A stretch of 62,975 bases of DNA, counting the filler, from Folioceros fuciformis (taxonomy: Eukaryota), in NCBI GenBank assembly GCA_049999805.1. It is 8 parts of 8 records of this genome, joined end to end, with 100 filler letters (N's around TTAATTAATTAA, not from the genome) between each part and the next. Parts side by side here need not be neighbours in the genome. Positions count along the whole stretch, not along the records: positions 1 to 21,315 come from JBNGIO010001238.1; 7 more parts are not named here. One strand, 5' to 3'. This document shows positions 1-12,500 of this stretch, one piece after another (positions within the stretch are counted from its first letter, which is position 1; every line of letters starts with the position of its first letter). A model generated the notes under the pieces. It ran no database searches. It saw only the letters and a program-made list of their open reading frames with translations, and had not been told where the DNA came from. Both the position numbers and the translations under genes were made by a program.

Positions 1-427
1 GGGTAACATCATTGGACCCAGAGGGACTGGAGACAGGAGGAGAAGGGGGAGGCACATTCCTAGAAGGCGGGGCAGGAGGCGCAGACGCCGGAGGAGGAGA
101 ACCAACACCTACAGGTACCTGCGCAGGGGGGTTCGAATTGGATGGTGCTTGCAGCATCCGACGATGCAGAACATGCGTTCCTACTCCTGCGGCACACAGC
201 CAACACCACAGACCAGTGTCACAAAATGAGGCATTCCCCGTCCCTCTTCACAGAACACAAAAATCACAACCCAGCATCATCCAACACTCACTCCAATCCA
301 AATCCAAATCCAATCCAATCCAATCCAATCCAATCACATCCACCATCCTACCTCCAGCCGCCCCGCCATATCCCTGCACCTGCAACACACACAGCAGCAG
401 CAACAGCGCCCCTTCCAGCCGCACCAT
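1..427 (-). CDS. Secreted or membrane Pro/Ser-rich protein, N-terminal part only (runs off the window start)
   Basis: Exon 427-352 (MVRLEGALLLLLCVLQVQGYGGAAG, signal-peptide-like) splices GT-AG in frame to exon 186-1 (GVGTHVLHRRMLQAPSNSNPPAQVPVGVGSPPPASAPPAPPSRNVPPPSPP). Confidence 0.65.
291..335. repeat. (CCAAT/CCAAAT)n microsatellite in an intron
   Basis: ctccaatccaaatccaaatccaatccaatccaatccaatccaatc. Confidence 0.85.
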
Positions 428-3400
428 GGCTCGCCCCCGCGACACACTCCTGGTGCTGCACTTCCGATCTTGGCATCAAAAGCGCGGCCCCGGCGCATCC
501 AGGCCCCCGGTTTCCGCATCCACACGCCAACGCCAATGCCAGAGGCGCGCAAACCGGAATGTCATGGAGCTAGAGCGGATAGCTGCAGCTCCTGCTGCTG
601 CAGCCTCTGCTGTGTTCCCAGCAATCCCAACCTAGCTCACACTCGGTAGCGCAGGATCTATTCGATCCCCTACTCCCTACCCGCTACCTATCCCCTATCC
701 CAGCCCCGCCAGGACCTGAACAAGCTCATGCCGGAGCGCCAGAAACACCAGCTGCCAGAGGCTGAGGTAGCTCCGCCTGCCCGGCTGCCATTGCCATTGC
801 ACCATCGATCCCTTCCCAATGCCCCTCCTTCCCTGCACGATCCGCGCTTCCTCAGAATCCAAGACGCTAGAGACGCTGGTGAGACGTGGACGAGGCGGGG
901 ATGAGACGCGGACGAGACGCCGCCTTGTCGCAAGGTTCTCACTCGCCTTGGCCCAGTCTCGTCTGCCTGGCTCGCTGGCTCGACTGACTGCTTCAGGCGG
1001 CAGGCCCCGTGCCAAGGCGCCCGGAGCCGTGCCCAGCTGCCCGTCTGCCCGGCTGCCCTTGTCCCGCCTGCCTGCTGCCCGCCTGCCCGCTGCCCGGCCC
1101 CAGGTTCCAGAGCCCAGGCTAGGTCTGGACCGCACGGCAGTACAGCTGTTTCGCCTGTTGCGCCGGGGTCATGGCCTCATGTCCATGTCCCTTGGGCTCA
1201 CCAGTCCACTGTGCGGCTTTGTCGGCGAGTGGACGGAAGCAGCGTTATGCTCTTTCAGCGCGCTCTACAAAGCGCTTTAATCGCTAGACTAAAAGACCGG
1301 GCCGGTCCGGTCCGGCCCGGCCCGGCTCCGCCCCAGACACAGCCCACTCCCCGTCCCCCGGGGGCTCCAAAATCCCGTCCCCGCCAAGCCAGAGAAATCC
1401 CGGGCGCCAAGTGTCCCCGTTGCCGCACCCGGCCCGGCACTCTCACCGTGCCAGTCGGCATCATGGCGGCGGGCCATATAACGGAACGGAGCTGCTCTGG
1501 CTCGTGCGCCAGGTATTATTGCGGGCTGCTGCTTCCACGTCCTTGCCGGAGCCCCGTTGCCCTTTCTTGCAGCCTCGACCTCGACAAGTATCACTGGCAG
1601 CTGCACAGCCTGCCCCTGGCACTGAAAACCAAGCAAATAAGCCAGCCAGCAAGAAAGCGAACAGGCCTAACTGCTGTACTGGAACAAAGCATGGCCATAC
1701 GTATGCAATGCATGTGCACTGCCACGGACATACTCATCCATGGATGGATGTGCGAAGTGTCTGCCGTCATTGTACAAACCCATACAGCGAGACCACTGCG
1801 TCTTGTTGCCAAATGCACGCAACTCCAGCAGCAGGCTTGTGAGCTGGGAGTGAGCTGGTGATGACCGTATGGATGTGGCTCTGACTCCCCTCTTGACTTC
1901 GCCACGGCCGGCTCGGGGCCAGTTGTAATCCGGCGCTGTGTGCTGGAATGGGATCCTGGTGGCAAGCAAAGGGGGGCTGGGGCAAAGTGAGGCGTTTGCA
2001 CCTTTGTGGGTGTGATGAAGGAGTCGTCGTCTCGGACGTCGTGTGCTTCTTCCTCTCTCCCCGCCCGAGGCCCTGGCTATGTACATGCAGCCATCCTGGG
2101 TTGCTTCCATGCTCGCACAGGGCCTGCACAATGTGCAACATTCCTGAGCCATGGATATACATGAACGAAAACATAAATACCATGGTATGTGGTGGGTGTG
2201 TGGTGGGTCCTATTGGCCTGGAGCCACACACACGAGTTAAGTCAGCCAGGAAGTCCGAGGGTTGCTGTGAGTGTCTCCCGACCCATCGGGAGTTACGGAA
2301 GGCTGGGAGCTGTGATGACTTGTATCCACACACATACGTCCTCGCGTTTGCATTGGGCAACTGGTGAATGTGAATCGGTACCACCGTTGTAAGTGGTGAG
2401 CAATTTGCATACCGATGTGGCAGGTATGTCAGCGGGCAGTACGACCGCCAGTTGCTTCCCATTCTCGTCTGCTCTTGAAGTCTGGAGTTCAGCCAGTCTG
2501 TTGAGGCATGGTACATACGTCGCACTGTTTCTTCACAGTCTGACTCCTGCGACGGCCTGCCTTACTGTCTTACAGCTTTTTATTCTCTCGCCTGCTATGA
2601 TATTTTAGCCAGTGTATCCAATTGCCTACCAAGAAGAGGGGACGGCGACCTGAAGTTCTGGACTTACAACTTCCGATGCACCAACTTCATTTATCAAGCC
2701 CGGCACCCACTTTGCATGGCATCTCCAGACCGACACGCTGGCATTGCTGTTCTGTTTCCCAGAGCCACTCCCACCTCACGTTTGAATCCTTGCAATGACG
2801 TCAGGCTCGGATTGTAGCATCGGAGAATGCTCCGAGCAATGGATACATATGTACATGTATCCCTATCCTTCGTATATGGAAACCGCTGGGAGATGCAACT
2901 CGAGGAGGAAGAAACATTGAAACCCTAGCCCTCCTGTGACTCACTGACAGCAAGCTCAAGGGGGAGGGGGGGGGACGACAGTCGTCATGACGGGCATGCC
3001 CTGTCCTTGTGTATGTCAGCTTCCTCCACCTTCCAGTATGTCGTGGAGTTGAACTTCCCATGCCCCGAAAACGAGGAGACATTTTGCATCTGCAAGCATA
3101 GGAAAGGATGGCCACGATAAGGCTTGCAGGCTCTCGTGAAGGAAGGAACCTTTCCAACAAATCCCTTCCCTCAATGTCAGACTCCATGTTGTGAGAGTGG
3201 GAGCAGCTGTGACCTCATCATCCCCGCCCGAGCTGTGACAAGGCATGCCATACGCTGCCGGTGCGAGCCTGTGCCTGAGCTTCTGAGCCCCGGTGGGCAA
3301 GATCCGAGAAACCGGAGTTCGGACTACGCGTTTCCCGGAAGTGAAGGACGGGGCTCGCAAAAAAGCTAAGGTCCTGCGAACAAGTACTGTAGCACATTTG

Positions 3401-4156
3401 CTTTTCTCTTTCCGCGCTCGCTCCTGTTACCTGCGCTCCTCACCCTCGCGAAGATGCCAGCGCGCTCCTTGCCCGTCGCAGATTTCGCAGATTTGATTCT
3501 CCTTGTCCTGCGCAGGTGGAATCATGCAGAGTTCCGCTTTCTTTCCCGCTCCTGATCGCCTGCGCCGTCCGCTGCTGCTGCGTCTCCGGTCAGGGTTTTA
3601 GTGCCTTCTTTGTTGCACCTTGGAGCCGCCTGCGGGGAACGTCTCTGCCGCACTGTGAGTGAGCATTGGAGTCATTTGGCGGGCAGAACGGCCGTTTTTA
3701 GGAGGATTGGAGCTTCCGGGCTACGGTGTCCGCTATCTATGCCCATATTGTGAGTGCAGTGAGTGCGCGGCTGTTGTGCATCATCGGCCGTGGTCGGGAG
3801 CTGTCATGGATCTGCGGCAAAAGTATGTTGCAAGGACATACGATGAGTGGAGAGTGAGCTGCATTGAGCGTGTTAGAAATGTTTGCTTACGGATGTTGTT
3901 TCCATGGCGTTCAGTCCAGTCTCGTCACATTGCTGTCAACTTAGCTTGTTTTATTGTCTCGTCTCGCAGGAAATCGGAGGAGCTGAGGGAGCGGGGTTGT
4001 TTCCATCTGCTTGCAAGGAGCCTGCCGTGCCGTGGGTTCAACCGGACAAGGTTGCTCAGAGTATGAGCCGGGCGCCCTGATCAGCTGCTCAGGCGCTGTT
4101 GACGGCGGATGTGATACACTCACAACTTTAAGGCTCGGATCTACAGACTTTTGCAT

Positions 4157-5881
4157 ATGTCTATCAGCGAGTTGCAAGAGCAAAATGCTACGGCAAAGGC
4201 GGAAGTGCGTAATCTCAGGGAGCTGCTGCAGCGGCGGCGCCTGGAGTTGGCTGACATGGACGGTTCGTGCCCTGCGTTTTCGAGTTCAATGGCTTCTATG
4301 CCGTCGTACGGAGAAGCGCTACCCTCGTGTTAGCGCTGGGGAAATATGTTGCTGAGGTTGTTTTTGTTTGCAGTCGTGACTTATGCAAGGATGAATGGTC
4401 GATCCATTATTGATGGAGAGCGATTCTCTCGTGACTTCAAGTGTGTAAGAACACTTCAGGGGCACACAGGCAAGGTAGGGATTTTCCATCAGCGTGTAAG
4501 CTCTTCAACGTCCTGTGCTACCGTAGCCTGCCACGGTGTGTCATCATTAACACTTTTTCCTCGTCTTTGCCAGATTTATTCTCTTGATTGGTCACTCCGC
4601 GAAAGAAATCGCATTGTCAGTGCCTCTGGAGATGGGAGGCTTATTGTTTGGAACGCCCTGACAAGCCAGAAGACTCATGCAATAAAGCTCCTCTGTGCTT
4701 GGGTAATGGCCTGTGCATTTTCACCGGGAGGCGAAAGAGTTGCCTGTGGTGGACTGGACAATTGCTGCTCTATTTTCAACTTGAATACCACACCTGACAG
4801 AGATGGAAATTTGCCCGTTTTCAGAGTGCTGACTGGCCACAAGGGCTACCTATCCTGTTGCCGTTTTGTACCTGACCAAGATGCACATATCATCACAAGT
4901 TCTGGGGATCAGACTTGCATGCTTTGGGACGTAGAAGCCCAACGCCGACTCGCAACATTCGGGGGTGACACTGGTCCAGGCCACACCCGGGATGTCATGA
5001 GGTGATTTTAGGGTCCCATCTTCCCCCTCTTCGAATGGTGGTAATCGACGAGCTGGCTTGTCCTTTTGTTAGGAAGGCCGAAACTGGTGTTTTTATTGCG
5101 ATGGCGAGGAGGTTTGTGTGTCGACTAATTGGAAGAGTGATTTGTTTGTCACTGTTGTCGTTTGCAGTGTATCGATCAGTTCGCACAACACTAGGATATT
5201 TGTTTCTGGCTCCTGTGACATGACGGCAAGATTGTGGGATACTCGAATCGCAAGCAGAGCAACCCACACGTTTCATGGTCATACGCAAGATGTGAATGCT
5301 GTGCAGTTTATGCCCGATGGATTCAGCTTTGGAACTGGTTCAGATGATGGCACTTGCCGAATCTTTGACACCCGCACGGTTCATGAGCTACAAAGGTACC
5401 CTGACCCATATGCCATCGGGTCGGTCGCAAACCCTGCGCGAGAAGCTGGACAGGTTACCTGCATGGCATTCTCCCACTCCGGGCGACTATTGTTCGCAGG
5501 GTACTCTAACGGTGCCTGTCTGGTGTGGGATACAATAATGGCTCAGGTTAGGGGTTATCTCCCTATGGATCATTGGACTTCATTGCTTTGTTGGCTACTG
5601 AGATGTTGCGAGTTGTATAACCTGACATCTGTGCTCGGGGTGTGTATCAGCCTATCCATGACTTGGGAGAATCTCATAGGAATCGAGTAAGCTGCCTTGG
5701 AATGGCATCCGATGGAAGTGCCCTTTGCACTGGAAGCTGGGACGCCTGCCTTAAGGTAACTCGTGCCTGTCCATTTCCATTGCTCAAAGCAGGGTGAGCT
5801 AGTATCAAGGTTTCAGATGTACTGCGACTGATGTATGTGTAGGTCTGGGCGAGCGATTTTCAATCGAGAGGACAGCAATAA
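4157..5881 (+). CDS. AGB1: Heterotrimeric G-protein beta subunit (WD40)
   Basis: Six exons: about 4157-4262, 4373-4474, 4574-5001, 5168-5546, 5651-5755, 5843-5881. Peptides [10 protein letters not shown]..., [35 protein letters not shown] and [10 protein letters not shown] match plant G-beta. Confidence 0.95.
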
Positions 5882-6254
5882 TACACGACTCGACTCTTTC
5901 TGATAAAGCACAGTGCGGGCGACGGGTTATTTTTAATCCGAAGATTCCGAACATTCACCTGCCATGTGTGTCCACTTATGAAGTTATTTGGGGTGACACC
6001 TGGCTTTTTATCCGCAGCATTTAGGTTGTGACGCAACAAGAACTTCTACGTCCCACAATTCTAAAAGAAGAGTGGACTTAAACTTGTTGAAAGTCTTCTC
6101 CCTGTAGCAGGTAGTATGTGGTAATTTCACGACATTCATTGTGTGTTCGTGAACTCTTCTCTCATTTTACCTGGAAGATTGTAAACATTGAGGCCGAGCA
6201 ATTACTAATTTGGATAGTTGAGGGACAGACAAGGCAGAAGGATCGTCTGTATAG

Positions 6255-8255
6255 TTAAAGCATCGCTTTTATGTGCACACCCGCGTCCGGTTCCCTCTTG
6301 CTGTCCTTCAGGGTGTCGGCCACATGCGCTACAACCCCTGCCCCTTCATAGTGCATCCACTCGTGCTTCACCTGCAGCGGACGAGGAAACAAGTGACGCC
6401 GTATCTCCACATTCAAGCTTCTGCGGACAAATCACGGACGATAATCCGCTTACGTGAATACTGTTATGAGCCAGGTAAGGCCACAAAGTCGCATGGAAAT
6501 TCACATCCACCTTCCGCCAGCCCACTCGCTGCAAGCCTTTGATCATTTCCTCTGCGCACCACACGGCTGATGAGAGCCTCCTTCTACCAGGGCAGGACGG
6601 CACAGCAGGCCGACTATCCCATGCGCAGCGATCACCTACTAACCTTCCAACTTGTCATGATAAGAAGCTTCGGTCTGGCTACTTGGAATGGTCTGTGCGA
6701 CCGCCTTGGCTTTAGCACTGTCTTCTCCGAAAGTTGGGGAGCCGCTCGTCACTGGAGCGCAATCAACCACCCTCACCACGTGCTTGTACGCCTTCAATGA
6801 TTCCTTAGGAGGCTGGACGCATTGCATTGCGTTTCATGCCCACCACCGCTTTGTTTCTCAAATATCGATGCTAGTCACCTCCTAAAATTTGGTTACAGTA
6901 CGGGATCTCACCTTAACCTCGGTTTCTCTCCGGATTGACGAGGTGCGCCAGCCTACCAAGTCTGGGACAAGTTATGTGAAGGAGACCCTTCCCTTTGCAT
7001 ATTTATCTCAGACAAGCAAGCTTGTGCATCCATGGGCTTTACAGCAAGGATACGATCGTAGCTCACATTCGCGTACAACACCCGTAATTTGAAAGCGCGC
7101 AGTGCAGATCTGCATCAACAGACGTCATCAGAAACGCCTTGATTCAAGGGCCAAGCACGTATAGACGCAGAGGAGATGAAACGGAAAGGGGTAAAGGGGT
7201 AGTGATGATCATCAGCCCACATCAACGCACATGAATTTGCCTTCCTCGGCATCTGAAGCCATGCGCAAGAGAAGTGGTGGGTCTTTTGCTTTTCCATCTG
7301 TCAGAAAAAGTTGTCTACCAGTGCGTCCGACTACCAGAGGAGCCAGGGGCGGCACAAGCTTCTCCAGGACAGGGACCCCTAGGAGGATGGGTAGCTGGGC
7401 AGGTCAATCACAAAAACAATAACGTGGTGTGTGAATTCTAGTCCAAGAAATAAGATTCAGACGTTACACAGAGCACTCCCTCACCTGCTTCTTTCCTCTC
7501 ACTCCAAGGTGTGGGGTGGCAAGAGTTATGAGGGTGATGGGTTGCAGTCCTGCGATGGTGCCAAGAGGCCCATCCCTTTCATTGTTGCCATTGCCATCAG
7601 GAATCGATGCAGGCTTGTACAAAACAGCAATCGCGTATCGGGTAAAGAGGCCCCCCAGGGAGTGCGCCACAAACGAGATCTTCTTCAGGCTGGGATTCTT
7701 GGTGACAACCTGCCGAATCTGCACGGTGAATGATAGAGACCCTGTGATTCACGTCTTGCTTCATCTTCCTCGCCGGGTGACAGCGCAACAGTTCAGAGTG
7801 CATGGAACACAAGCACGTCATTGAGGAGAATTAACCTCATCCGCGAGTCGCCTTCCCGAGCTGTCGATACCAGTAAGAGTCTGGAGATATGAGTTGACAC
7901 TGCTAGCTGTGAAGCAACAGTGAAGCAATGTGTTAGCAAGACACCCGATACGCAATCAGAACCCAAGAAGCAGATGAAGCAGCCAGAAATGCCATAAGCA
8001 TCTTACCATGAATCAGGTAGCTGGTGCCCAGTTTACCCTTCAGCTCTCCTTGAACGTATCTCCAGTCCTTCGCGCTGGATGGGAAAGCTTCATTTACACA
8101 CACCCCCTTCTGACCATGATGATGATGCACCTGCTACAGGACGGCTGCGGAGCATACCTGGCGAGAATTCCATGTACAAGCACTAAGAGATGGTCGGGTA
8201 GTGCATCGGAGCCTTCACGTTGGGTCTTCACAACCCCATCCACGCTCTGACTCAT
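6255..8255 (-). CDS. DUF676 putative lipase/serine esterase (alpha/beta hydrolase); N-terminus may extend upstream
   Basis: Spliced motifs PDHLLVLVHGILAS, ISFVAHSLGGL (nucleophile elbow), LATPHLG, YANVSYDHLVGWRTSSIRRE and AHNSIHVK; stop at 6257-6255. Confidence 0.9.
6962..7053 (-). other. U12-type (minor spliceosome) GT-AG intron
   Basis: Donor GTATCCTT; branch-like TCCTTCAC about 15 nt from the terminal AG; removal restores SYD-H-LVGWRTSS. Confidence 0.85.
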
Positions 8256-9563
8256 CGCTGACAAGGAAACATGAATTCCTGTCTTCCTGCTGCCAGCCAT
8301 TGCCACAGATTTCTTAACGTCTGAGTTCCGCTAACCACAGTGAACACAATTGAGGCGGATCTGACCATCAGAACCGTGCACAGCTCAGATTACCGGGTGG
8401 CTGCAGCAACCACGGTTCCCACAGCCTGGACAACCCCAAAGATTACGAGAGTCCCGTAATAGACACCCAATTGAAGAATCCCCATTGCACAACACGAGAA
8501 GAGCAACAGGAGTTCGTGAATCAAATCAGAATCCCAAGTCCCAGCCCCAACCCCAACTCCTGCTTTCTTGCCCCTGGCCCGGGGAAGTTGTGAATCAGCA
8601 GTCAACTGCATTCTTCCTACTACGCCGATGTGTCCTGTCCCCCTTGTCACACATCCGGCAGAGGGGCTCTGTACTAGATCCGACAGAATCGAGACGTACC
8701 GGTAAGGATTGGGACGGAGGACACAACAAACAAACTCTCCTTGCACGCTGTCGGAGGACGAGAAATTCCAAGAAATTCCAAGAAATCCCAATTCAAACCC
8801 ACGCACAGTCACAGACGGAGAGGAAGACAGAAAGAGTACAACGACTAGGGACAGCGGGTGGGAGCATCTCACTAGTCCGAGGCGAAGCGACGGTGATGGT
8901 GAGGAGGCGGCCAACACAATGCGGCACCAGCAACTGACAATTCCGACGTAAGGCCGCGCTTTAAAGGCACAAGTAGCTGGAGATCCCAGTCCCAGGCCCT
9001 GGTCCTGTCCCCCCTCCTCCCAAACCCGACGACCCCAGCAGCAGCAGGAGAAGAAGCAGGCGGTGGGTGGGGCACCACACTTGAGACATGATGGCAGCTG
9101 CAGCTGCTGCGCATATAAGCTGGGCTCCCAGAAATTGTGGTCTCAGATTTTGCGAGAAGAATAGATCGCGGCGAGGAAACGTGGCCGGCTGAACTTGGGA
9201 TGAGCACCTGCATGCCCTTCACCCTCGCCTTCTGCTGCATGTGCACTTCACCATTTCAGGCACTGTCATGGTACCATACTTGCCTTGTCATCGGCGGTGT
9301 CTCAGCTTTCGTTTGGCTCCGGGCTATGCCATTGGATTACCTTCACGCACGTCGGAAAGGTGATCAGTTGATCCAGCGACTGGGCGCGCTTCCCCGCGTG
9401 GTGAATAATGGGCATGCGTGAGATTAGCAGATGTTTTAACACCGTTTGACGAGGAGCTGTACATGCGATGGGTGCACTTGTTCAATGAATCTTTGCATCG
9501 TCTAAGAAGCCAAACAGGCTGACAAAAAAAATGGACGACGTCCTCCAGGGGTTGACAGAATGA

Positions 9564-12500
9564 CTACAGAGGAGGGTCGTCTTGTCGAGGCACATCTCTG
9601 ATGATACGCCAAGGTCCGGAAGCCGTCCCAACCCTGTGAGACAGACAGGGAGGAGAGTTGGCGGGCGGAGTGGAGTGGAGAGTCAGACAGGGAAGGAGGA
9701 GACGACGCCAGCGGAGGAAAATAGAGTAGCCTGGTTACCTAGCGAAGCCTGCCACCATTCGCAACGTCATAATGACCGTCAAACCAATCCAAACTCCCAC
9801 CAGGCCAAATGCCCGAGGCGCCAAGAGGAGGACAAGGATAGACGGGATCGCAGTCAACATCTGTGATAACAATCCGTGAGATGGTAAGCACGACCATTCA
9901 AATAGACTCACAACTAGGAGGGGTGGTACTTGAGGGACAACAAACCATGGTGTAAGCCGCATAAGCGAAGTCGGACGCTCCATAGTGCAGGCCATCGAAG
10001 ACAAATGCCAGTGCGTTGATCGGTTGCGTGAATGCAACGAACTGGGATACACCAACAATATCCCTTAACACTGTGGATTATCAATCTAAGCTTGAAGACC
10101 AAAGGATAGAAGCAGGCTCATACCGGAATCAGGTAAGGAATAATTTCTAGAACGCCAGCATCAGTCGTGAACAGACCGGCCATAGGGCCAGTCCCAAAAC
10201 CTAAAATAATGGCAACCACAATTCCGAAAGCCAAACCCATCTGTACACAGCCAGGACGAAGAAGTCAGATGCACCCAATTCCAACCCAGCACCTCGAGAA
10301 CCAGATGTACGGTGTCCCGGTTTCCAAACCTGCAGTATCCGGACGGCAACCTCCTTCACTCGCCGCGTGTCTCCAGAGGCAAAAGACCCAGCTAAGATTG
10401 CCTGCTCGACAGATACATACATGCAAACTGAGAGTACGAACTAGCGTCCAGCCTTAAGCTGGAAGTATCACCACCGGAAGGGACAAAGTCGATGGCTGCC
10501 AACAATGTACCTGACCAGCCAGAGCCAGTGCATCTGAAAGAAGCGACGTTGCTAACCAAATTTGCAAGCAAATCTGGTGTGCAGCCATTGGAATGGCACC
10601 CTGCCTTGCAGCCATGGACGTGGCCAATGTCATTGTACAGACAATGGCGAGTGTCCGACCAAGTAGCAGACCACCTACATGGTCAGCTATGAGACAAATG
10701 CTTGAATGCCGCGCGTCCAGGAGAAAGTTCAACGGACGTCAACAGTATCGTACCTGATTTTAAGAACCGCTCCACTTTCAAGTCACTCCACTTGGGGGGT
10801 AACAAAACAACCCGCTGATTAAGGCTCCACAAGAGCATGCCCACAATCAGGTACCTGCCACCATATGAAGCAAGCCTTGTGAGGAGTGAAAATAAGAGAG
10901 AAGATGTGCGAACCAATTGACACGGCACGCGTAGACAACACAAGATTCTAGGCTTAGTGACTCACTGGGATGCTACCGTCGCAATAGCTGCTCCGCTGAC
11001 CCCGTAGTGTAGCGAGAACATTAGTATAGGATCCAAGACGATATTGGCAACGTTTCCCGCAACTGCAAGGGAAACCCAAGTCAGCCACGAAAAATATGCC
11101 AAGTAATGGAGGGACAGCAATGCTTCAATGAGCATAATAGATGCTCACCTGTTGAATAGAGAGGCGTTTTGGTATCCTTGAACCCTCGAAAAACACCTTG
11201 TACCGCTAGCGAGACTACCACAGCAGGGGCACCAAAAGCACGTAGTGCAAGATACTGTTCAGCAGGAACACGCATTGGAGAGTCCTGCATAACAAGATAG
11301 ACATGCACATCAAAATCATGTCAAAAGTGACACCAAAGCCCAAGATGCATCACGTTTGTCCAGATGCCTGCTTATTAATGAAAAATAGCGTTCGTCTACT
11401 CACAAAAGGAATGCCCATGGCGTATAGAACTGGCCCTGCTGCAAATACAAGGACTGCTGCCTCAAACAAACCAAGACAAGCGCCTAAGACCAGTGAAGAT
11501 GAGACTGCCGGCATCATAGGCTTTGTTGATTCTGCAGAATTTGTCACAAGACGCGCACAAAAGTTGATCAGAGAAAATACAGACCACAGACAAATGGAGG
11601 TGAGGCGCTTCGAAGATGTCCAGCCAACAATACAGCAAACTTACTGGTTGCTTTCAAAAGAGACTCCCTCTCCATTTCCACCAATAAGGATGGGACTTCA
11701 TCCAACTCCACATTTTGATTTGACTTTTCGACGGCTTCATCTTCGGCCACAAATGATGTCGTAACATTCAAAAGGGGGATGTTGAACATCTTAGAGACGA
11801 GATTGAATATGGAGATGGAGACACCAACAGCTGCCAGCTCCACTGGACCTGGATCGACAGAATTCACAACCAAGTGCATCAGCTTGTCTGCTTTACCAAC
11901 CGGGGGGGGCCTAAACAAAACTTGTGCAGTCAGAAGATAAGAGAAGGCATTCTCAATGGGAAACTTCTAGCAACTGCATTGCCACTTCCCTTGGCTCTGC
12001 TCCTTGGCAAAGAGAATCTACGACTAAGAGAACCTGTGAGACAACGACGCGACTGTTTGCAACTCTAGTTTACCAAGCAGACAAACCAACCATTACCAAA
12101 TGCACCAAATGCACCAAATGCAAGCCACAACCAGAAACATTCAGGTCAGTGCACAAGAGGAGAAATTAAGAAAGCATGAAAGCATGAAAGCAATAGGTGA
12201 GAGCTTTATGACAGTAGAAACATGCCTGACACTATTTCCAATACCTATTCGTCCGATGAAGGCGGAGTCGACCAAAGATGCAAGAGGGTCGGCCGCCAAG
12301 GCAAGAACAGCAGGCAAAGCAATGACGGCAATCTCCATGCCAAGCTCATCATTCCTGAACGCATCGCTGGCAGAACATAAAAATTGCACAAGAGTGTCAA
12401 CAGGGCTCATTTTTGTTTGCATAGGGCCTGAGGCTCGCCGGGGAGGCTATGGATGGTTTCTACCAGAGCAGCCCGTCCTACTAATGTAGTACCTATTCTC

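Noticed and set aside
1860-3300. Possible gene or miRNA between the first gene and G-beta
   Set aside because: I found no coherent exon chain, recognisable domain or known miRNA; a DGDLKFW fragment near 2640 is too weak to call.
8394-8620. Hydrophobic ORF as the DUF676 N-terminus
   Set aside because: Its phase-2 donor does not join the hydrolase frame at the acceptors I tested; it may be UTR or a uORF.
11925-12033. Possible third (poison) exon in the MATE intron
   Set aside because: It has an acceptor-like ctcacag but no homology to exons A or B and no clear donor.
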